NCBI GenBank assembly: GCA_034530875.2 | Contig: JAVRCJ020000079.1 | Location: 1-11,851 of the forward strand | Reading direction: 5' to 3' | DNA: 11,851 nucleotides | Source of the DNA: Nostoc sp. DedSLP01 | GTDB lineage: Bacteria > Cyanobacteriota > Cyanobacteriia > Cyanobacteriales > Nostocaceae | Shown: in pieces, positions 6,231-11,851 of the stretch | Layout: each line of letters starts with the position of its first letter | How positions within the stretch are numbered: the first letter of the stretch is position 1 | Translations under genes and position numbers: made by a program | Notes under the pieces: generated by a model | Databases searched by the model: none | The model's input: only the letters and a program-made list of their open reading frames with translations | What the model was told of the DNA's origin: nothing

Positions 6231-9200
6231 CTAAACAACCACAAAATTCTTATAGGTTAATGCTAACCCGGTAGATAATCGTGCAAATTCTACTTTGTTA
6301 AAAGCACCCGCACTCCCATCCTCATCAAAGAACAATGCACCTGTAGTCGAGTTATAAATAAATCTTTGAGTACCAGTGCTTGCAGATGTACCAATTGTAA
6401 ATTGACTAGCTTTAAGTACGCCTGTTGATAAGCCGCCACCAAAACCACTAGCCGATACTTGGATCGTTTCATTAATGTCGTTGAAATTATAAATCGTATC
6501 CACCCCTTCATTGAAATTATTGAAAACAAAGGTATCAATACCAGTTCCTCCTATTAGGCTATCGTTACCTTCGCCACCTGTGAAGATATGATTGCCATCA
6601 TCCCCAAAGAAAAAGTTATTGTTTGAATCGTAAGCACTCAAGTAATCATCGCCAGCACCACCGTTGAGGGTGCTATTGTTTGGAGAGTAAACACTCAAGT
6701 TATCATTGCCAGAACCACCATTTAGGATTTTATTGCCCGATTGATAGGCACTCAAACTATCATTACCAGCACCGCCATTAATCGTATCATTGCCAAAATT
6801 TGCACCAATGAGCGTATCGTTGCCATTGTTCCCTACAATGAAGTCATTGAAGTTTGTACCTAAGATATTTAATTGTTCGATATTCTTATAGCTAACTCGA
6901 TACGTGCCTGCTTTAATTTCTCCAGTTTTAGTAATGGCATTGAATGTCGTTGTAATTCCTGCGGTTGCTTCGGTGTAATTGACTCTCAACAAATCGTCAC
7001 CGCTACCTCCATCTATGGTATCTTTGCCACCATTGCCTGTGGAGAGCGTATCGTTGCCATTGTTCCCTACAATGAAGTCATTGAAGTTTGTACCAAAGAT
7101 ATTTAATTGTTCGATATTCTTATAGTTAACTCCATACGTGCCTGCTTTAATTTCTCCAATTTTAGTAGTGGCATTGAATGTCGTTGTGATTCCTCCTGTT
7201 GGTTTGGTGTAATCAACAGACAACAAATCGTCACCGCTACCTCCATCTATGGTATCTTTGCCACCATTGCCTGTGGAGAGTGTATCGTTGCCATTATTTC
7301 CTACAATCTTGTCATTGAAGTTTGTACCAAAGATATTTAATCGTTCGATATTCTTGTAGTTAACTCCATACGTACCTGCTTTAATTTCTCCAATTTTAGT
7401 AGTGGCATTGAATGTCGTTGTGATTCCTCCACTAGCACTTCTATAATCAACAGACAACAAATCGTCACCGCTACCTCCATCTATGGTATCTTTGCCACCA
7501 TTGCCCACAGAAAGCGTATCGTTGCCATTGTTCCCCACAATCTTGTCATCAAAGCGTGTACCTAAGATATTTAATCGTTCGATATTCTTGTAGTTAACTC
7601 CATACGTACCTGCTTTAATTTCTCCAATTTTAGTAGTGGCATTGAATGTCTTTGTGATTCCTCCGGTTGCTTCGGTGTAATCAACAGACAATAAATCGTC
7701 ACTGCTACCCCCATCTACCGTTTGAGTCACTAAATAAGACGGGTCTGTACTTGCAGATGAAATGCCTACATTAAAAGAATCATTACCATCACCTCCAGAG
7801 AGCAAATTATCACCTCTCGAACCGCTAGCATTTAAGTAATCATCACCAGCACCACCGTTGAGGGTGTTTTTACCAGACGAGCGAGTGTCATAGATGTCGG
7901 ATACAGTTCCGCCGGATTCAGTTATATCGTATGAACCAGAGATGGATAGAGTATCGTTGCCATCGCCACCAAACAGCAGGTTATTACCTTTTGAACCGCT
8001 AGCGCGCAAGATATCGTTACCAAGGCCACCGTCAAGGGTATTATTGCCTAAAGAGCGACCGTCATAGTTCACATCAGCCTCGGTAAAGATGTAGAAACCA
8101 GAGATATCTAGAGTATCATTACCCGTACCGCCCCATATTAAATCATTGCCCTTGAAGGAATTAGCGCGGAAAAAATCATTACCTGCTCCCCCATCTAACG
8201 TATCATTGCCAGATGCAGCAATGGCTTGAAGTGTATCATTCCCATCACCCCCAAAGAGCAGATGAACACCTCTTGAAGACTCAGCATCCAAGTAATCATC
8301 ACCATCCCCACCGATGAGGGTATTATTACCCCCACTGCCAACGGTGGAGAGATAATCTTTGCCACTGCCTCCATCGAGAAGGTTATCACCTGTTGAATAC
8401 CTAGCAATCAAGCTATCGTCACCAGCACCACTGTTGAGGGTGTTATCACCAGTCACCTCACTGTTGAAATTGCCAGAAACAGAGAGAAAATCATTCCCAT
8501 CGCCACCAGAGAGCAGCTTATCACCTGTTGAATAGTCCGCATTCAAGGAATCGTTACCAGTACCGCCAATGAGGGTGTTATTACCAGACACCAGAGCTTT
8601 GTAGCCGCCTGCAACGAAAAGAGTATCATTCCCCGCACCACCAATGAGAAGATTGTTACCCGTACCACCCCTCAAAAGATCGTCACCACTTTTGCCGTCT
8701 ATTTTGTCATTACCCCCTTGACCATTAATTACATCATTTGAGTTATCTAAACCTGTAATGTTGTTGGCAAGGTCATTGAGGAAAGTCACCGTGTTCTTAG
8801 TGGCGATGCTCGTTTGTGTAGAGTTGGCATCCAGAACATCAAAACTATCAATAATGCTAGTTTGTCCATTAAAGATAATATTGCCTATGGCTGGTTTAGT
8901 ACCATTCGCTTTCAAGTTCTCCAAGGCTTCTAGTTTGAAGTTTTGCAAGATAACTTTTGTATAAAACACCTCTTCAAAGGTGATTTCCAAGTTTGTACCA
9001 TTCTGAGCGAGCAACAAATTTCGCGCAGTCAACCCATAACCAATGAATCTAATAGTATCAACTTCGGCGATGACTGCTGCTGTTGGGTTTGTTCCTTTAC
9101 CCACGCCACCAAAATCTGCGATCGTATCACTGCCATCACCCAAATTATAAACAAATATATCCCTGCCGCCGCTACCAGTTAGCGTATCGTTGCCGAGTTT

Positions 9201-9272
9201 ACCGTTAATTGTATCGCTGCTGTTAGTGCCCAGTAGGGTATCGCGATCGTTGCTTCCAATGATATTTGCCAT
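6231..9272 (-). CDS. RTX / hemolysin-type calcium-binding repeat protein (~1013 aa), probable type I secretion substrate
   Basis: Dozens of GGxGxDxL nonapeptides and a C-terminal ...FIYNSTTGALFFDEDGS...FARL...NFVVV tail typical of cyanobacterial RTX proteins. No Sec signal. Likely start is ATG 9272 (MANIIG), preceded by AGGAAGG. Confidence 0.92.
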   Translation of the reverse strand: MANIIGSNDRDTLLGTNSSDTINGKLGNDTLTGSGGRDIFVYNLGDGSDTIADFGGVGKGTNPTAAVIAEVDTIRFIGYGLTARNLLLAQNGTNLEITFEEVFYTKVILQNFKLEALENLKANGTKPAIGNIIFNGQTSIIDSFDVLDANSTQTSIATKNTVTFLNDLANNITGLDNSNDVINGQGGNDKIDGKSGDDLLRGGTGNNLLIGGAGNDTLFVAGGYKALVSGNNTLIGGTGNDSLNADYSTGDKLLSGGDGNDFLSVSGNFNSEVTGDNTLNSGAGDDSLIARYSTGDNLLDGGSGKDYLSTVGSGGNNTLIGGDGDDYLDAESSRGVHLLFGGDGNDTLQAIAASGNDTLDGGAGNDFFRANSFKGNDLIWGGTGNDTLDISGFYIFTEADVNYDGRSLGNNTLDGGLGNDILRASGSKGNNLLFGGDGNDTLSISGSYDITESGGTVSDIYDTRSSGKNTLNGGAGDDYLNASGSRGDNLLSGGDGNDSFNVGISSASTDPSYLVTQTVDGGSSDDLLSVDYTEATGGITKTFNATTKIGEIKAGTYGVNYKNIERLNILGTRFDDKIVGNNGNDTLSVGNGGKDTIDGGSGDDLLSVDYRSASGGITTTFNATTKIGEIKAGTYGVNYKNIERLNIFGTNFNDKIVGNNGNDTLSTGNGGKDTIDGGSGDDLLSVDYTKPTGGITTTFNATTKIGEIKAGTYGVNYKNIEQLNIFGTNFNDFIVGNNGNDTLSTGNGGKDTIDGGSGDDLLRVNYTEATAGITTTFNAITKTGEIKAGTYRVSYKNIEQLNILGTNFNDFIVGNNGNDTLIGANFGNDTINGGAGNDSLSAYQSGNKILNGGSGNDNLSVYSPNNSTLNGGAGDDYLSAYDSNNNFFFGDDGNHIFTGGEGNDSLIGGTGIDTFVFNNFNEGVDTIYNFNDINETIQVSASGFGGGLSTGVLKASQFTIGTSASTGTQRFIYNSTTGALFFDEDGSAGAFNKVEFARLSTGLALTYKNFVVV
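6811..7717 (-). repeat. Intragenic tandem repeat, ~3.9 copies of 234 bp (78 aa)
   Basis: Anchor AG(C/T)GTATCGTTGCCATT recurs at 6811, 7045, 7279 and 7513. Unit: DTIDGGSGDDLLSVDY....GGITTTFNATTKIGEIKAGTYGVNYKNIERLNIFGTNFNDKIVGNNGNDTLSTGNGGK. Confidence 0.95.
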
Positions 9273-9852
9273 TACTTTTTCCTTCCTGAATCGATTTTTG
9301 GAGTAAATCAAGTTCACCCGTCGTTGTTAGTGCTGTTTGATTCCACAAAAATTTTTCAATAGTCGAGGTTTGAGGCATACTTGAATTTCACCTTTGAAGG
9401 CTAAAATTTGTTCTGCGAAGATTCAGTTTTTGGCTTGCGCTAAAAGAGCGCTTATCCAAAAACATCGAACATAAAAGCTTGAACGTCTAACACTTACACT
9501 TCACATTTAATGTTTTCCCAATGTGTAAGTTTTGCTAGCTGTAAGAATCAGACAATAGATATTTATGCCCCGATCGTAGACTAATATCCGCGGATATCTA
9601 CTGAAAAATAAAAACAGGTTATAGGGCATAAAGAAACAAATTTTCAGGAACATTTCAATAACCTGCTAGTAAGCACTATACAGAATATTTGCTTAGATGT
9701 TCAAATCTAAAGAATATCTTTATAAAATCTGGAAATTATGCACAATGAAGGTACAAGCAGAGTATTTCCATCAACAATTAAACTATAAGAAAATGAAAAT
9801 AACTGCATGGGAGAAGTGTTAACTGTGTGGTTCTGGGAAAAAGACTCCGTTG

Positions 9853-9896
9853 AATACGAGATATTCAAATAAATACGAGATATTCAAAAAATACGA
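9853..9896 (+). repeat. Tandem repeat, 2.4 copies of an 18-19 bp unit
   Basis: AATACGAGATATTCAAA at 9853-9869 and 9872-9888, partial AATACGA at 9890-9896. Confidence 0.85.
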
Positions 9897-9919
9897 ACGA
9901 GCCTTAGCCGCTTCGCTCC

Positions 9920-9970
9920 CAATTCAAAATTCACGCATTGAAGAAGAAAGTAATTTTGCATTTTGAATTG
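9920..9970. repeat. 51-bp miniature element with 11-bp terminal inverted repeats (AATTCAA heptamer family)
   Basis: CAATTCAAAAT (9920-9930) / ATTTTGAATTG (9960-9970). Confidence 0.6.
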
Positions 9971-9992
9971 TTGTAGTCAGCCTCGGCGTTAA

Positions 9993-10200
9993 CTTTTCAC
10001 ACTTAAGAAGTTCAAAACGCTTTCTTATGGCTGCACTTATCGGTTCGAGGATGCGATCGGTTGCACGATTGATTACGTGCTGTGGCTACAAAAGCATGAA
10101 AAGCAATTTTTTCCAAACGCGATTTTGGTTAGTGCTTTGTCAGAGCAATGGAAACCAAAAGCATGGCGTGATGAATATCTGGAACTACCCATGTTAGAGT
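9993..10200 (+). pseudogene. Internal fragment of a cyanobacterial hypothetical protein, truncated by an IS end
   Basis: Open frame 9993-10217 with no start codon near its 5' end, encoding TLKKFKTLSYGCTYRFEDAIGCTIDYVLWLQKHEKQFFPNAILVSALSEQWKPKAWRDEYLELPMLE and running into the IS4 TIR at 10201. Confidence 0.5.
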
Positions 10201-10401
10201 CAATACGGTTCGGTTAAAGTTTTTGATGAAAATTCTTCCTATCTATCATGGATTTATCCATCAGGAAAGCTACAAAAAAAAGGTTGTCAACCAATACTGT
10301 TACGAGTAATTGAATACACAATTGGCTATTCTCAAAACCCCACTGAACAACTCACATATCGCTTGATTACTAGCCTGCTAGATATTGAAAGATTCTCGGC
10401 A
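10201..10401 (+). mobile_element. IS4-family remnant: terminal IR joined to an internal transposase fragment
   Basis: CAATACGGTTCGGTTAA (10201-10217) resembles cyanobacterial IS4 ends. 10237-10401 encodes SYLSWIYPSGKLQKKGCQPILLRVIEYT...YRLITSLLDIERFSA, the RVIEY / YRLITSLL segment that precedes the IS4 YxxRWxxE motif. Confidence 0.75.
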
Positions 10402-10500
10402 GTACGAATTGTTCGGTTGGGGGTGTGGTTTATACGCCTTCGGGGGAAGCAGTGAACGTGCAGAAAATGATGCAACGGTTTCCAATGTAGGAGTAACGAG

Positions 10501-10680
10501 TGCTATGTCATTGCTGGTGGTAGTGTTTTTGTGAGCATAGGTGTGGTTACAGACGGAGAGTTTAAAGGCGACATGGCAACAAGACAGCTCACTCTAGTTC
10601 CACCCGATCCTACGCAATGCTATACAACAGGTGTTCGCACTGTCTCTGGAATCGATACTGTGACGTTTACTCGTCTATAA
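10501..10680 (+). pseudogene. Possible 3' fragment of an unknown gene
   Basis: Frame open 10471-10680 encoding ...AGGSVFVSIGVVTDGEFKGDMATRQLTLVPPDPTQCYTTGVRTVSGIDTVTFTRL*. Looks like a beta-rich protein tail, with no convincing start or RBS. Confidence 0.35.
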
Positions 10681-10681
10681 T

Positions 10682-10787
10682 AGGGTGTTTGAAAAGTCGG
10701 GCATATTGTCAAAATTCTCTTAGTGTAAGCTGCGAATAGCAAAGTACACTAACACAGAGAGAGAGCGACATGAGTAAACCATACTCA
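10682..10787 (+). mobile_element. Left end of an IS5-family element with the first codons of its transposase
   Basis: AGGGTGTTTGAAAAGT end motif, then GAGAGAG RBS-like sequence and ATG at 10770 encoding MSKPYS (compare IS5-family MSKAYPS starts), then truncated. Confidence 0.65.
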
Positions 10788-10820
10788 CATCTATCTGCCT
10801 TTCAAGACAGATAGATGTGA
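10785..10820. terminator. 13-bp perfect hairpin, possible terminator for minus-strand transcription from the xdhC-mocA side
   Basis: TCACATCTATCTG (10785-10797) / CAGATAGATGTGA (10808-10820). No clear U-tract. Confidence 0.45.
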
Positions 10821-11032
10821 TAAACTAAGCAACTTCTAAAATCCCCTTGACAACTGCCTCACAACCTTCCAGCGTAATGATGGGCAGCTTGTGCAAAAGA
10901 TGATTCCCAAGGGAGTCACAATTACCAATACCCTAGCGGTTTTCCCCGCTTGACGATGATGCCGCTAACGCTCCCGCCAGCCAACAATCCACTACTTCTC
11001 CTATCCACCACCCAACAAAATAACCAATAAAA

Positions 11033-11072
11033 GGTGGAATTACTCCTTCAAGTTCAGCATTCGCCATGAAAT
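11033..11072 (+). repeat. Direct repeat copy 2 (pairs with 5933-5972)
   Basis: GGTGGAATTACTCCTTCAAGTTCAGCATTCGCCATGAAAT, ending 2 bp from the mocA-like stop codon (11077-11075). Confidence 0.9.
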
Positions 11073-11074
11073 AT

Positions 11075-11665
11075 TCAATGCTCTTGAAGTCGTTGATAAT
11101 CTTCAAGGGTATCTATATCAATAACTCCCTCAAAAAAATCAATGCTTGAACAGCTAGAATAATGCTGATGAATGATTTTTCTAGCACCGATATCACCTTG
11201 GAGTAGAGCTAATTGTGAAAAGAACTTCTTGTTGAATAGGGCTGGAACTCCAAGGATACCTGCATATTTTGAGGCAACTATATTGCAGTTTGTGGTTTGA
11301 TATTTTGAAATTAATCGATTTATCAGATTGAGAGACACAAAGGGTTGATCGCATAACATCAGCACGATAGCTTCAATCTCAGGTGCCCTCGTCTCAATAG
11401 CATTTAATCCACTCCTAATGGAACTGGCCATTCCGGTTGACCATTGTTGGTTATAAACTATTTGGATATTTAAATCTATTAGATGAGGCTCAATAGTTTC
11501 AAAGTAAGCACCTAAGACTACAACAATTGGCTGACACTGAGAATTAATCGCCACCTCTGCTGTATGTCGAATCAGTGATTTACTTTGGTAAGTTAGGAGC
11601 TGTTTCGGCTGACCGAGACGCTTGGAAGCACCTGCGGCTAAAATTATAATACCGATGTTAGGCAT
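11075..11665 (-). CDS. mocA: Molybdenum cofactor cytidylyltransferase (MocA/YgfJ-like nucleotidyltransferase)
   Basis: Motifs ILAAGASKRLGQPKQLL, GMASSI, LCDQP, PALF, GDIGAR, DIDT; directly downstream of xdhC. Confidence 0.85.
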   Translation of the reverse strand: MPNIGIIILAAGASKRLGQPKQLLTYQSKSLIRHTAEVAINSQCQPIVVVLGAYFETIEPHLIDLNIQIVYNQQWSTGMASSIRSGLNAIETRAPEIEAIVLMLCDQPFVSLNLINRLISKYQTTNCNIVASKYAGILGVPALFNKKFFSQLALLQGDIGARKIIHQHYSSCSSIDFFEGVIDIDTLEDYQRLQEH

Positions 11666-11851
11666 GGTTGGTTAAAAGGCGAATGAATCGAGCCTGGGCG
11701 ATCGCGTAAAAAGCTACCCTTGCGTTCGCCAATTACAGCTTGGATTTCTGCCACGATGGAGAGCGCTATTTCTTGAGGTGTTTCAGCAGCAATATCTAAT
11801 CCCACCGGATTATAGATTCGTTGTTTTTGTGCAATAGTAGGAAAGATGTTG
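11644..11851 (-). CDS. xdhC: XdhC/CoxI family xanthine dehydrogenase maturation factor, C-terminal part (5' end outside window)
   Basis: Manual translation: NIFPTIAQKQRIYNPVGLDIAAETPQEIALSIVAEIQAV...PCLTSVL*, containing the PxGLDIxAxTPxEIAxSIxAE signature. Stop at 11646-11644, overlapping mocA by 22 nt. Confidence 0.9.
   Translation of the reverse strand, partial: NIFPTIAQKQRIYNPVGLDIAAETPQEIALSIVAEIQAVIGERKGSFLRDRPGSIHSPFNQPCLTSVL

Larger units (their letters stand above)
757..11705. other. HIP1 octamers GCGATCGC at 757, 2665, 4702, 5293 and 11698
   Basis: Read directly from the sequence; supports a cyanobacterial origin. Confidence 0.8.

Noticed and set aside
6290..9182. ORFs inside the RTX gene, including the twin 77-aa ORFs 6873-7106 and 7107-7340
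   Set aside because: Shadows of the RTX gene; the twin ORFs simply mirror the 234-bp repeat and are not a tandem peptide family.
9273..9317. Upstream GTG start for the RTX protein (1028 aa)
   Set aside because: ATG 9272 has an AGGAAGG RBS and gives a typical MANIIG start.
9669..9681. NtcA box upstream of the RTX gene
   Set aside because: Spacing is GTA-N7-TAC, not the required N8.
10933..11067. Minus-strand mini-ORFs starting in the repeats (MANAELEGVIPP..., and MPNAEFEGVIPP... from 5967)
   Set aside because: Short, no clear RBS, and unrelated beyond the repeat; the shared peptide is explained by the DNA repeat.
5933..11072. 40-bp repeats or the 9853-9896 repeats as a CRISPR array
   Set aside because: Only two copies 5.1 kb apart, or adjacent copies without spacers; no cas genes.

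Overview
Accessory region of a filamentous (Nostocales-like) cyanobacterium, judged from five perfect HIP1 GCGATCGC sites, small dispersed repeats and the RTX protein style. From left to right it holds: a probable Tn3-family terminal inverted repeat (element extends off the left edge); a small 6-Cys protein with DM9-like motifs; a full-length but inactivated ~1.69 kb IS (30-bp TIRs, nonsense codon, 5-bp duplication, A8 slippage site); an asfABC-like operon (SdhA/AprA-family flavoprotein, 2x[4Fe-4S] ferredoxin, SsuA/TauA-like lipoprotein) with a REP doublet inside; and the tail of a xanthine-dehydrogenase maturation operon (xdhC, mocA-like). Between the last two lies a 5.1-kb segment bounded by two ~40-bp direct repeats exactly 5100 bp apart. 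It carries a ~1013-aa RTX Ca-binding protein with four 234-bp internal repeats and a mosaic of IS and gene fragments. The most notable unexplained signal is this repeat pair, whose core resembles the XisA/nifD-element recombination site. Family assignments come from motif recognition and recall, not database searches.
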